Shown piece by piece: positions 9,682 to 19,267 of a DNA stretch of 64,000 bases. How positions within the stretch are numbered: the first letter of the stretch is position 1; each line of letters starts with the position of its first letter. The stretch is taken from assembly GCA_043810595.1 (NCBI GenBank), contig JBDRNX010000032.1, positions 38,219 through 102,218 on the forward strand, given 5' to 3'. This stretch comes from an archaeon. GTDB lineage: Archaea; Nanobdellota; Nanobdellia; SCGC-AAA011-G17; VGLX01. A program made the translations under genes and the position numbers. The notes beneath the pieces were generated by a model that saw nothing but the letters and a program-made list of their open reading frames with translations, did not search any database and was not told the origin of the DNA.

Positions 9682-10560
9682 TTAGATCAGTCTCTTCTTT
9701 ATTCTCTCTTTTATCTTGTGATTGTTCTCTTTTATTATTCTCTTGCCTTCTTTTATCCAGTATATCGGGTGCCTCATGTGTTTTTTTATAGTTATTCCAT
9801 GGGGGCCTATTCTTGCTGCCATGTTCAGGTTTTTGCCTATCACGTAGCTTCTTCTTTTTATCAGCTCTTCAAGGAATTGTTCTTTGTTGCTCACCAGGTC
9901 GGTATATGTCAGCACTTTCCCTATTTCCACTGCTGTGTGCCCGTCACTTCCTCCTGTTATTCCCTTTCTGAGTCTGTTTGCCAGCACAGCTGCTTTTATG
10001 TCATACCTTTTTAGGTTTTGTCCGTTTATCACTTCGATAAGTTTGATGCTGTTCATTATGCCTGGGTTGATTCTTCCTTTTTTTATTGATTTGATTATGC
10101 CCCCCCCACCCCCTCTTGAGAACGGGTGTGGTGCGCACGTTATTGCGTTGTATTTTTTTGCTTCTTCTATTATTTCATTTATTCCGATTCTTAGTGACCT
10201 CATGGGGTCTCTCGGTCTGTTGTTTTTTACTTTTTTCAGGTAGAATTCTTCTAGGTCTTTCGTGCTGTAGAAATAAAGTAGTAGGTGTGACTTCTCTTTT
10301 ACTCCGATTTCTATGCCTGGGATAGTCATGACTCCCTTGAATCTTGATGCCAGTAGGCTTCCCCTTACGTCATTGTGGTCTGTTATGGATATGCCCACTC
10401 CCTTTTTTCTGCATCTCTTCATTACTTTGACTATTTTTACCCGGCCATCACTGTATCTTGTGTGGTAATGCATATCAACGTAAGAGAATTCTTTTGGGTT
10501 TATCAGCCCCGGTTTTTTGAACACCACCTTGTCAATCATCGCGTTATTTTTGAATTTCAA
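9682..10560 (-). CDS. PHP-domain metal-dependent phosphoesterase
   Basis: VDMHYHTRYSDG and ISITDHND PHP motifs. Confidence 0.7.
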   Translation of the reverse strand: MKFKNNAMIDKVVFKKPGLINPKEFSYVDMHYHTRYSDGRVKIVKVMKRCRKKGVGISITDHNDVRGSLLASRFKGVMTIPGIEIGVKEKSHLLLYFYSTKDLEEFYLKKVKNNRPRDPMRSLRIGINEIIEEAKKYNAITCAPHPFSRGGGGGIIKSIKKGRINPGIMNSIKLIEVINGQNLKRYDIKAAVLANRLRKGITGGSDGHTAVEIGKVLTYTDLVSNKEQFLEELIKRRSYVIGKNLNMAARIGPHGITIKKHMRHPIYWIKEGKRIIKENNHKIKERIKKRLI

Positions 10561-10589
10561 AAGCTTTATAAATATTTGTAATCTCGCTT

Positions 10590-10766
10590 ATGCTGATGAA
10601 GAAACTTATTTGCAGCTCTTGCGACAAGGAAACTATTAACGAGAAGGGTTCTGTTATGTTCAAATGCCCTAGCTGTGGTCAGTCTGATATAATTAGGTGT
10701 TTGCATTGCAGGAAGATTGGGGCTAGGTACAAGTGTCCTGTTTGTGAGTTTGAGGGTCCTAACTAA
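10590..10766 (+). CDS. Zn-ribbon protein (COG2888-like), 58 aa, missed by the ORF track
   Basis: Hand translation. MLMKKLICSSCDKE...KCPSCGQSD...CLHCRKIGARYKCPVCEFEGPN has four CxxC pairs. It sits directly upstream of aEF-1beta, the conserved archaeal arrangement. Confidence 0.6.
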   Translation: MLMKKLICSSCDKETINEKGSVMFKCPSCGQSDIIRCLHCRKIGARYKCPVCEFEGPN

Positions 10767-10767
10767 G

Positions 10768-11043
10768 ATGGCTACTGTTTTTGTGACTCTTAAGGTGATG
10801 CCTAAAACTACCGATGTTGATCTTAAGGTGTTGGAAGAAAAGGTTAAGGAAAAGATTAAGGATTTTGGTGGTGAGGTGGCCGGTGTTGAAATTCAGCCAG
10901 TTGCTTTCGGCTTGAATGCCCTTTTGATAAGTTTCTTGATGGACGAAAGCAAAGGCAGTCCAGATCCTCTGGAGGAGAGCGTTTCTGAACTTGAGGATGT
11001 TGCGAGCGCCACAGTGATTGATGTTAGAAGGACTCTTGGTTAA
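10768..11043 (+). CDS. ef1b: Elongation factor 1-beta (aEF-1beta)
   Basis: MATVFVTLKVMPKTTDVDL...GGEV...IQPVAFGLNALL is typical of archaeal EF-1beta. Length ~91 aa. Confidence 0.8.
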   Translation: MATVFVTLKVMPKTTDVDLKVLEEKVKEKIKDFGGEVAGVEIQPVAFGLNALLISFLMDESKGSPDPLEESVSELEDVASATVIDVRRTLG

Positions 11044-11081
11044 TCGAAAGTTTTTTATTGCTTCTAATTTATTTGGTTCTT

Positions 11082-11621
11082 ATGGATAGTGATGTAGACC
11101 TTAACAACGTGCCTTATGAGGTGGGGTTAGGTGAGGCTCAGCCTGAAGCTCCAAGCTGTCCTTTCTGTTTGATTGCTGAGGGCAAGATAGAGGCTAAGAT
11201 AGTTTATAGCGATGATCGCTTTTTGGGGATTCTTGACATTAATCCAGCTAACCTGGGTCATATTCTGCTCTTTCCGAAGTTTCACTACGTTTCCCTTGCT
11301 GGCATGAGTGACGATTTGGCTTCCAGCATGTTTGTTACCGCTAAGAAGCTTTGTGCCGTTCTCGTTGAGACCTTGCATGCCAAGGGCTTTAACATCTTTC
11401 TTGCTGAGGGCCAGGTTGCAGGTCAGAACGTCCCCCACATTTTGCTTCATTTGATTCCGAGGTATGACCAGGATGGTTTGAGTTTTTTCTGGAAGGCGAA
11501 ATCTCTTTCTGAAGATGAAATGAAGAATGTTGCTGATTTGATAAAGTCTTTTTCTTTCAAGAAGGAGGAGCCTGCTGAGCAGTACTTTTTTGAGTTTGAC
11601 GAAGAGGAGAGAATCGCTTAG
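11082..11621 (+). CDS. HIT-family (histidine triad-like) hydrolase
   Basis: CPFCLIAEGKIEAKIVYSDDRFLGILDINPANLGHILLFPKFHY and VPHILLHLIPR. The triad is HxxxHx rather than the canonical HxHxH. Confidence 0.55.
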   Translation: MDSDVDLNNVPYEVGLGEAQPEAPSCPFCLIAEGKIEAKIVYSDDRFLGILDINPANLGHILLFPKFHYVSLAGMSDDLASSMFVTAKKLCAVLVETLHAKGFNIFLAEGQVAGQNVPHILLHLIPRYDQDGLSFFWKAKSLSEDEMKNVADLIKSFSFKKEEPAEQYFFEFDEEERIA

Positions 11622-12460
11622 GCAAGGCTGAGTATTATATTGCCGAAGATTAACGTCACTATTGTTGCTATTAGGAATGGTGGCACGAAAGGTATTCCCT
11701 CCTTTACGAGCACTTTTTTTATTTTTGCTTTTCTGAGTTCTTCTATCTGTTCTTTTTCAAGGCCAAGGTCTTTCGGCCCGCATATCACCCTTCCGTTCGC
11801 TTTCACTTCCTCTGCTACCCAGTCCCCTTCTGTCAGTTTGTTCACTTCGACGTGTTTGTACATGCATGCTTTGTCAACAGCTCTCATCAGGGTTATTAGG
11901 TAGACGTACATTATTAGGAATATTGTGGGTATGCCTAACATAAGTTTTGTTAGGTTGTCTTGTATAAGGAATACTGCTACGAGTACAGCTACTCCGATAA
12001 GTAGGGTTATCATCCTTAATTTTCTGTGTTTTATCATGGTTTTTTTTGCTTCTTCCTTGAATTCTTTCCAGTGTTTTATTGCCAGAACTACTCCCATGAA
12101 TATTCCGTATGCTGCTCCTATTATCAGTATGTTGATGAATAAGTCCAGCAGGAAGAAATTTTTTGTTCCCACAGTAGCGAATATTACTCCGAGTGCTGCT
12201 ATTAGCTTTGTGTCTCCTCCGCCCCACTGTTTTGTGTAGTACATGAGAACTCCTATGACAAACATAACCCCAAAGCCTACCGCGCCGTATAAGAAGTAGT
12301 TCCACTGGTTTGTTATCAGGGAATTTATGAGTCTGAGGCCGAAGCCGGATGCTATCATGCTGTAGCTTATCCAGTCGGGAACCTCTCTTTTTTTTATGTC
12401 TACGACGGTGGCTATGACTAGGCCTGTTATCCCTACCGCGATCAATAGAAGATCTATCAT
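11618..12460 (-). CDS. Type IV prepilin/preflagellin peptidase (A24 family, FlaK/PibD-like)
   Basis: Polytopic membrane protein carrying both catalytic Asp motifs, VVDIKKREVPDW and KQWGGGDTKLIAALG. Confidence 0.75.
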   Translation of the reverse strand: MIDLLLIAVGITGLVIATVVDIKKREVPDWISYSMIASGFGLRLINSLITNQWNYFLYGAVGFGVMFVIGVLMYYTKQWGGGDTKLIAALGVIFATVGTKNFFLLDLFINILIIGAAYGIFMGVVLAIKHWKEFKEEAKKTMIKHRKLRMITLLIGVAVLVAVFLIQDNLTKLMLGIPTIFLIMYVYLITLMRAVDKACMYKHVEVNKLTEGDWVAEEVKANGRVICGPKDLGLEKEQIEELRKAKIKKVLVKEGIPFVPPFLIATIVTLIFGNIILSLA

Positions 12461-12538
12461 TTATTTATCCCTTGTTTTATGAGGTTTAAAAATTTTTTTA
12501 TCAAAACTCTTATAAATTTTCTCCCCAGTTGTGCTTCT

Positions 12539-13612
12539 ATGATATCCATAATAGGCGCAGGTCCTTCCGGTGCTCACGCTGCTTCGCTGCTTGCTAAGCA
12601 TGATAGGGTTGTTATTTTTGAGGAGCATGACAGGGTTGGCTTTCCTGTCCAGTGTACTGGCATAACCACAGGTTATCTTTCTACTCTCCTCCCTGTTAAG
12701 AGGGAGTTTCTTGTTAATAAGGTTTCAAAGGTAAGGGTTTTTTCTCCTAACGGCAATTTTGTTGATTTTAACCTGAAAAACCCGAATCTCGTTCTCGACC
12801 GTGCTGCTTTTGACCGTTCTATGGTTAGGAGGGCTCTCGACCGGGGTGCTGAGCTTCTGACTAATCATCGTTTCATCCGTTCAAGGCAGGAGAAGGGGAA
12901 AATTGTCATTGATTTGAAGGGTAAGTACAAAAAAGTTCATGCTGACGTTTTGATTGGTGCCGATGGTCCTTTCTCCCTCGTCGCTCGTTCTAACGGGATG
13001 TATGGTAAGCGTCGTTTTGTTGTTGGTGTGCAGGCAAGGGTTAACCTACAAGTAAACCCAGACCTTGTTGAGTTTCACCTGAATAAGGATTTCATGGGGT
13101 GGGTTGTTCCTGAGTCTCATAAGGTTGCAAGGGTTGGCATAGCTTCTTACTCCAATCAAAATGTTTTTTTCAAGGATTTCATGAATAAGCGTGTTGGCCA
13201 CCCCAAGGTTCGCGAGTACCAGTCCGGTTTCATCCCCACTTTCAATCCTTACTTGAAAACCCAGAAGGGTAAAGTTTATCTTGTCGGTGACGCAGCCACG
13301 CAAGTTAAGGCAACTACTTATGGGGGTATAATTCAGGGTATGATGGCTGCTGAGGAGCTTGCCAAGGCTCACACAAAGGGTTTGAGTTATGAAAGGCTTT
13401 GGAGGAGGAGAATTGGCAAGGATTTGTGGCTTGGTCTTATGATAAGGAAGAAGCTTGATACTTTTTCTAATGAGCATTATAACAAGTTGGTTAGGATGGT
13501 TAAGAAAGGTGACATTAAGAGGCTTATAGAATATTATGACCGTGATTTTCCTTCCAGGTTTGTTTTGAAGTTGTTGCTTAGAGAACCTAGGTTTTTGAGA
13601 TTCTTAATATAA
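12539..13612 (+). CDS. Geranylgeranyl reductase family FAD-dependent oxidoreductase
   Basis: IIGAGPSGAHAAS FAD-binding motif. Typical length. Confidence 0.7.
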   Translation: MISIIGAGPSGAHAASLLAKHDRVVIFEEHDRVGFPVQCTGITTGYLSTLLPVKREFLVNKVSKVRVFSPNGNFVDFNLKNPNLVLDRAAFDRSMVRRALDRGAELLTNHRFIRSRQEKGKIVIDLKGKYKKVHADVLIGADGPFSLVARSNGMYGKRRFVVGVQARVNLQVNPDLVEFHLNKDFMGWVVPESHKVARVGIASYSNQNVFFKDFMNKRVGHPKVREYQSGFIPTFNPYLKTQKGKVYLVGDAATQVKATTYGGIIQGMMAAEELAKAHTKGLSYERLWRRRIGKDLWLGLMIRKKLDTFSNEHYNKLVRMVKKGDIKRLIEYYDRDFPSRFVLKLLLREPRFLRFLI

Positions 13613-14677
13613 TTTATATCTCAATATGGCTCCTATGCCTGTTATTCCTTGTAGCTTTTTTCCGCCTTCGTGCTCATCGCTTATTATTATGATTGTCCCT
13701 TTGTTTTTTTCCACCAGCTTCATTACGTATTCAAGGTCTTTGTATTTTTCTTCTGCCCTCGTGTTTTGGAGGTACTTGTTTGTTATGAGTAATGTCTTTA
13801 TGGCTCCTGCTTCTGCAGCTTCCCTTGTTTGTTTTATTCCGTAAACTCCCACGTCCCCTTTCCTTATTTCCCCAAGCAGCTCCTCAACAAGGTTTGTTTC
13901 CCTCACAACCCTGTCGTGTTTGAGCACTTGTTTTACCTCATCTCTTTTCAGAACTTCGTTTATTGCATTCTTGCCGAAGGAGTTACAAGTTGCTAGTGTT
14001 ACTTTTTTTGCTGTATCTTGGTCTTTTTTCTTGAGTTCTTTGTAAAGTTCGTCTTTCCAGAATGCAGGGGATGCTATTATGAGGTATTCTATCTTGTGCC
14101 TCTTTACGTATTCCTGGATCTTTTTTATGAGGTCTTCGTAGAATTCTTTTTCTTTTACTGTTTTGTCTTGCACTCTTTTTTTCTGTACTCTCCCTTCTAT
14201 CTCTCCCAAGTACTCGTATCCGTATTTTTTCATTATGGCAAAGCATGCTTCGTTTCTGTCCATCGCTACTATCAGTATGTTTGATAGTTTTTCTTTTGTT
14301 GCCTCTTCCAGTTTTTCTATTTGGAAGTTGAGCCATTCTTCCTTTGTTATTTTTATTGTTGAACCTTCGTTTACGTCTATTGTGTGGTAGGAGCCCCTCT
14401 GTATGTCTTCAGGCCCTTCTTTTATAGTTCCAGAAACCCTTAGGGAGTTTGTGTACTTATGGAATTCTACTTTTTCAACCTCTATTGTTAGCGTTACCGG
14501 TTTTCTTACTATGGCTTGGCTTCTTTCTTCTTCATTCCCTATCTTTATTTTTCTGAAGGTCTGTCCTTTCACCAAATCTCTTGGGTCTATGACCTGGCTG
14601 AGCGTCCAGAGGTCTTCTGCTGTGTTTACTTTTATTTTTGCGTAGCCTTTTTTGAAGTCAGAATTTACGATTCGCAT
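13604..14677 (-). CDS. pelA: Protein pelota (Dom34 homolog)
   Basis: N-terminus MRIVNSDFKKGYAKIKVNTAEDLWTLSQVIDPRDLV. Internal ATG at 14677 chosen as start. C-terminal eRF1-like domain. Confidence 0.8.
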   Translation of the reverse strand: MRIVNSDFKKGYAKIKVNTAEDLWTLSQVIDPRDLVKGQTFRKIKIGNEEERSQAIVRKPVTLTIEVEKVEFHKYTNSLRVSGTIKEGPEDIQRGSYHTIDVNEGSTIKITKEEWLNFQIEKLEEATKEKLSNILIVAMDRNEACFAIMKKYGYEYLGEIEGRVQKKRVQDKTVKEKEFYEDLIKKIQEYVKRHKIEYLIIASPAFWKDELYKELKKKDQDTAKKVTLATCNSFGKNAINEVLKRDEVKQVLKHDRVVRETNLVEELLGEIRKGDVGVYGIKQTREAAEAGAIKTLLITNKYLQNTRAEEKYKDLEYVMKLVEKNKGTIIIISDEHEGGKKLQGITGIGAILRYKLY

Positions 14678-14714
14678 CTCTCCTAAATAAAAAACTTTAT
14701 ATATTAATAAAGTT

Positions 14715-16064
14715 ATGTTTTCTCCTATGTTTAAAAAGAGGGGAAAGACCGCCACTCCGGTTGCTACTTTGATATTTCTGATAGCTCTTTTCATTATTTT
14801 TTATGTCCTTCTAATTCCCGAGGAGACTCGTAAGGAGCTCCTGGGCGAGGAATTCACTAAAGGTAATGTTCCCCCTCCTGGTAAGGGTGTTTCTGATTCT
14901 GGTAAGGTTTTGCTTACAGCGTCTCCTGGGAAGGTTTATGCCCTTGAACGCGGCCTTTACGTTCTTCCTTTGACAGCTGCTCGTTTGTATGTGAAGGGTC
15001 AGGATCAGGCTATAGATCTTGCTGACAGGATTACTATTTCCAAAGGTTTGTTTACTGAAGACCCTGAAACTTTGTATTTCAGGATTGACGATACTTCCTC
15101 TGTTACTGCTTTGAACCTTTTCTTTTTTGTTGCTGAGCCGGTCTCGATTTATGTTGAGCTTAACGGGAATCGTGTTTTTGAGGGCAAAGTTGAGTCTGCT
15201 GACATCCCGATAAACATGCCTGTGAAGTTTTTGAGGAAGGATAATACTTTGAAGATAGGGCTTACTGGGACTTATGTTCTTACTAAGAGTGTTCAGCTTA
15301 CCTCACTCTCGCTTAAGAAGGCTTACACTGCTGAGAACAGGGTTGCTAAGCGCAACTTCGTTCTTTCCGCTTCTGAGCGTTCTGGTTTGAAGGCTGCTCA
15401 TCTTAATTATTTCATCAATTGCTTTACCATAGATCCGAAAAATCAGGGTGAAGTTTCAATTTCTTTGAACGGTAGGGTTTTGTTCTCCGACTTTGTTGTT
15501 TGCGATGCGGGTCCGCAGGTGGTCAGGCTTGACCTTAACGATATAAGGAGTGGTACTAACATTATCACTTTCGAGATAAGCAAGGGAGACTATTCATTTG
15601 AGAGTATGGAGTTGGTTTTTGAAATAACAGAGAAATTCTATCCCCAGTACAGCTTTGACATCAGCGATGATGATTATGAAGATTTGAAGGGTTTGTGTGA
15701 TTCTCGTGATTATGATGACTGTGCTTACGAGTGTAACTTTGATTGCAGGGACACTTGTAGGGGTTATTCAAACTACAATAGCTGCTACAACGATTGTTTT
15801 GATGCTTGCGAGAATGATTGCTTCGATTATTATTGCAGCGGGGGGAAGAAGCTTATAATGCAGCTTGAGTTTCCAAACGCGAGGGACAGGAAGATAGCTT
15901 CGATTACGATTAATCGTGATTTGCTTAACATGGATACGACAAGCGATGTTTTCTTCAGGGACATTTCGATATCTGCCAACAGGGGCGCTAACTACATAAA
16001 AATTGTTCCGAAGAATGATTTCGAGATTTCAACGCTGGTTGTTTCTATCGAACCGCAAACTTAA
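14715..16064 (+). CDS. Secreted or surface protein with a pilin-like class III signal peptide and a Cys-rich segment
   Basis: N-terminus MFKKRGKTATPVATLIFLIALFIIF. Cys cluster CDSRDYDDCAYECNFDCRDTCRGYSNYNSCYNDCFDACENDC. Confidence 0.4.
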   Translation: MFSPMFKKRGKTATPVATLIFLIALFIIFYVLLIPEETRKELLGEEFTKGNVPPPGKGVSDSGKVLLTASPGKVYALERGLYVLPLTAARLYVKGQDQAIDLADRITISKGLFTEDPETLYFRIDDTSSVTALNLFFFVAEPVSIYVELNGNRVFEGKVESADIPINMPVKFLRKDNTLKIGLTGTYVLTKSVQLTSLSLKKAYTAENRVAKRNFVLSASERSGLKAAHLNYFINCFTIDPKNQGEVSISLNGRVLFSDFVVCDAGPQVVRLDLNDIRSGTNIITFEISKGDYSFESMELVFEITEKFYPQYSFDISDDDYEDLKGLCDSRDYDDCAYECNFDCRDTCRGYSNYNSCYNDCFDACENDCFDYYCSGGKKLIMQLEFPNARDRKIASITINRDLLNMDTTSDVFFRDISISANRGANYIKIVPKNDFEISTLVVSIEPQT

Positions 16065-16091
16065 TAAAGTTCCGAGGTGTAAAATTAGGTT

Positions 16092-17045
16092 ATGAAAAGA
16101 GGTGTTGTGATTTTTTTGGCGTTGCTGTTAATCGTTTCTGTATTTTTTATGGGTTGTCAGGAAAAGAATGAAAAAGTTAGGAAGCTGACCAACTACATAG
16201 GGGGCGATGACGGCTTGGGTATTAAATTTACTAAGAATGCGCCTCCTGACACAGTTTTGGATGAGAAGCAGGAGGATTTTGACGTAAGTCTTGATTTGGA
16301 GAATATGGGTGAATACACGATGGCACCTGGTGAAATTCTTGCTACGCTGAGTGGTATTGATCGCGAGGCTTTCAACCTTCCCTCCCTTAATGCCAAGAAC
16401 GCTTTCCAGTTGGAGAGAAGGATTAACGATAGGGGTGTTGTTAGGGAAGGGGGAAGGAATGACTTGCCTTTCGGGCTGGCTACTTTCACCCAGGATCTTG
16501 CTGCTGACTTTACCACAGATGTTATTGCTGACGTCTGTTACAAGTATCGTACCGTTGCTGTTGCGGCAGTTTGCCTTAAGCGTGATACCTTGCAGCTTAA
16601 GACAACCGATGCCTGTTTGATAGATAACGATAAGGTTGAGTTCGAGAATTCTGGAGCTCCCATCCAGGTTACGAATGTTGAAACCAGGAAGGCGGGTAGG
16701 AATAGCGTTAAGGTTACTTTCACTGTTGAAAACAAAGGTGATGGTGAGGTTTACCTGTCAGGAACCTTCACAGATTCTTGTTCCGGTCACGAGAAGGACG
16801 AGGCAAAGCTCCGTGTTATAATGGATTCTCCTTCCCCGAGGATTAACTTCAGGTGTGACTTGTTTAACGGAGCTGCCCAGGGTGATGTTAAGCTTTATGA
16901 TAAGACGAGGCAGGTTAGTTGTACTATAGACACGGGCAGTTTGCAGGAAACGGCTTACGAGGCTCTGGTGAACATACAGATTGATTATGTTTACAGGAAC
17001 GCTGTTGTTCAGGAGATAACAATTGAGAACACCAACGTTCTCTGA
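16092..17045 (+). CDS. Secreted lipoprotein-like hypothetical protein
   Basis: Signal peptide ending FFMGC. Confidence 0.4.
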   Translation: MKRGVVIFLALLLIVSVFFMGCQEKNEKVRKLTNYIGGDDGLGIKFTKNAPPDTVLDEKQEDFDVSLDLENMGEYTMAPGEILATLSGIDREAFNLPSLNAKNAFQLERRINDRGVVREGGRNDLPFGLATFTQDLAADFTTDVIADVCYKYRTVAVAAVCLKRDTLQLKTTDACLIDNDKVEFENSGAPIQVTNVETRKAGRNSVKVTFTVENKGDGEVYLSGTFTDSCSGHEKDEAKLRVIMDSPSPRINFRCDLFNGAAQGDVKLYDKTRQVSCTIDTGSLQETAYEALVNIQIDYVYRNAVVQEITIENTNVL

Positions 17046-17088
17046 TTTTTTCAATACTTTTATAAATTTTCTTTAAGTCTTAATTCTT

Positions 17089-18321
17089 ATGATTATTGCT
17101 GATTTGCACATACACAGCAAGTATTCTAGGGCTTGCAGCACAAGTCTTGATATTCCGAGCCTTGAGAAGTATGCCAAGATAAAAGGTTTGCACCTGCTCG
17201 GTACAGGTGACTTTACCCATCCCAAATGGATTAAGGAATTAAAAGAGAATCTCGTTGAGAACGATGATGGCATTCTCAAGACAAAGTCAGGTTTCAGTTT
17301 TGTTTTGCAGAGTGAGATCTCTCTTATTTATTCTCAGGGTGGTAAGGGTAGAAGGGTGCATAACGTTGTTCTCGCTCCGAGTTTTGATGTTGTTTCTCAG
17401 ATTACTGAAGCCTTGGGGAAAAGAGGGAGGTTGGATTATGATGGCCGACCTATATTCAACATTCCCTGCCCCGAGTTTGTTGATATGATGGTGGGCATTT
17501 CTAAGGATATTGAGGTTATTCCCGCTCACGCTTGGACTCCCTGGTTTTCTCTTTTCGGTTCCAACTCAGGTTTTGATTCTCTGAAGGATTGTTTTCAGGA
17601 CAAATCAAATTATATCCACGCTATAGAGACCGGTTTGAGTTCCGATCCTCCTATGAACTGGCGTCTTTCTCAGCTTGATAACGTTTCTATCGTTAGTTCT
17701 TCTGATTCGCACAGCTTTTGGCCTTGGCGTCTCGGCAGGGAGGCAACGCTATTTGATTGCTCGCCTTCTTACAAGAATATTTTGAAGGGTATAAGAACGA
17801 GAGACGGTTTGAACTCTACTGTAGAGGTCGATCCCAATTTTGGTAAGTACCATCTGACAGGTCATAGGCTTTGTAATGTCAGGCTTACCCCTAAAGAGTC
17901 TTTGAAGAGCAATAACATATGTCCGAAGTGCGGTCGTCCTCTGACTGTTGGTGTTTTGCAGAGGGTTGAGCAGCTTGCAGACCGTGAGGAAGGTTTCAGG
18001 TCGAAAAATGCTAAGCCTTTTTATTCTGTCATCCCACTTTCTGAGATTCTCGCTTCGATTCTTGGTAAGGCTGTTTCAACGAAGGTTGTTTGGCAGGAAT
18101 ACAATAAGCTTATTGGTAGTTTCGGTTCGGAATTTAATGTTTTGTTGTTCACCCCTTTGGAGGATTTGAAGAAGGTTACTGATGAAAAGATTGCTGATGT
18201 TATAACCCGGAATAGGAATCACGAGATTGAGATTTCTCCAGGTTATGATGGTGTTTATGGCGAGCCTGTTCTTGGTGGTGTTGGGGTAAAAAAGAATCAG
18301 AAGAACCTTCTTGATTTTTAG
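17089..18321 (+). CDS. endQ: Endonuclease Q (PHP domain plus Zn ribbon)
   Basis: DLHIHSKYSRA, GTGDFTHPKW, IPAHAWTPWFSLFG, SSSDSHS...RLGRE, GKYHLTGHRLC and CPKCGRPLTVGVLQRV match archaeal EndoQ along the whole length. Confidence 0.8.
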   Translation: MIIADLHIHSKYSRACSTSLDIPSLEKYAKIKGLHLLGTGDFTHPKWIKELKENLVENDDGILKTKSGFSFVLQSEISLIYSQGGKGRRVHNVVLAPSFDVVSQITEALGKRGRLDYDGRPIFNIPCPEFVDMMVGISKDIEVIPAHAWTPWFSLFGSNSGFDSLKDCFQDKSNYIHAIETGLSSDPPMNWRLSQLDNVSIVSSSDSHSFWPWRLGREATLFDCSPSYKNILKGIRTRDGLNSTVEVDPNFGKYHLTGHRLCNVRLTPKESLKSNNICPKCGRPLTVGVLQRVEQLADREEGFRSKNAKPFYSVIPLSEILASILGKAVSTKVVWQEYNKLIGSFGSEFNVLLFTPLEDLKKVTDEKIADVITRNRNHEIEISPGYDGVYGEPVLGGVGVKKNQKNLLDF

Positions 18322-19100
18322 CCTATGTAGTTTGTGTCTGGTCTCTTGCCTGTTTTTTGCAAATCCTTTCTCTTTTGCTGCTGTAGCTTTGTTATCTGTT
18401 CTTTCTTTGTTTTTATTTCCGTGTCTACCTGTTGTATTTCCACGTCCAGGTGTGCCAAGTCCAGTCCGAGTTTTAGTTTTTTGTCCAGTACCGTCAGTAT
18501 CGCTCTTGCTCCCTTTATCCCTACGTATGTAGGGTGCCCGAATGTTTCTGCTAACATCGCTATGGACGGTATGTCTCTGTACTTTGCTAGTCCAACTAGC
18601 AGGCCTGATACCCCCATTATTGGTCCGACTATCCCGTAAATGTCGCATTTGAGGTTTGGTGATTTGTATTTTTGTATTATTTGTTTGCTGTTTCCTGTGC
18701 AGTAAACTTGCGGGTTTTCCGGCACGTTTTGTAGTCCTATCCCTCCAAGGGTTATCACTTCTTTGACTTTCATGTCCTGTACTATGTCCAGTACCTTGTT
18801 GCAGAACTCGTAACATGACGCTTCGTCGATTGGCTGCACATCTCCTGCTAGGAAGAGGAAGTCTTTGTCTTTTATTTTTTTGTGGAATATCCTTATTGTT
18901 GGTAGGTCAACTAAATTTTGTTCGTTTACAAAAACAGCATGAGGGAATCCGTCTGAGTGTATTTCGAATATCTTTTTTGGTTTCAAGGAATCTACCATGT
19001 AGTCCATTGCTATCTTGCCTACGTTGCCTATTCCAGGCAGCCCTTCTATCAGAATTGGGTTTTTTATTTTCACATCCTCTATTTTTCTTACGTTGTGCAT
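18318..19100 (-). CDS. PAC2-family (COG1938) proteasome-assembly-chaperone-like protein with a C-terminal coiled coil
   Basis: LIEGLPGIGNVGKIA motif. Start MHNVRK overlaps the Nop10 stop by 1 nt (TGATG). Confidence 0.6.
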   Translation of the reverse strand: MHNVRKIEDVKIKNPILIEGLPGIGNVGKIAMDYMVDSLKPKKIFEIHSDGFPHAVFVNEQNLVDLPTIRIFHKKIKDKDFLFLAGDVQPIDEASCYEFCNKVLDIVQDMKVKEVITLGGIGLQNVPENPQVYCTGNSKQIIQKYKSPNLKCDIYGIVGPIMGVSGLLVGLAKYRDIPSIAMLAETFGHPTYVGIKGARAILTVLDKKLKLGLDLAHLDVEIQQVDTEIKTKKEQITKLQQQKRKDLQKTGKRPDTNYIG

Positions 19101-19267
19101 CAGATAATCCCTTGTTCCTTTTTTGCCTTTCTTCTCCACTCGCCCCACTTGTCCTGCGGGCTGAACCTTGCTGGTTTTGGGCTGAGTGTTTTTTCACCGC
19201 ACTTTGGGCAGCTCTCTTTTAATGTGTATGTATTGCATTTGGAGCATTTAAGTATTTCTCTGTTCAT
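19100..19267 (-). CDS. nop10: H/ACA ribonucleoprotein subunit Nop10, 55 aa, missed by the ORF track
   Basis: Hand translation. MNREILKCSKCNTYTLKESCPKCGEKTLSPKPARFSPQDKWGEWRRKAKKEQGII. Start overlaps the aIF2alpha stop as ATGA. Confidence 0.8.
   Translation of the reverse strand: MNREILKCSKCNTYTLKESCPKCGEKTLSPKPARFSPQDKWGEWRRKAKKEQGII

Noticed and set aside
13046-13477. 143-aa minus-strand ORF inside the geranylgeranyl reductase gene
   Set aside because: Antisense to a well-supported CDS. No independent support.
18076-18816. 246-aa minus-strand ORF overlapping the endoQ 3' end and the PAC2 gene
   Set aside because: Arg/Thr/Lys-rich low-complexity translation. It lies antisense or out of frame to two well-supported genes.
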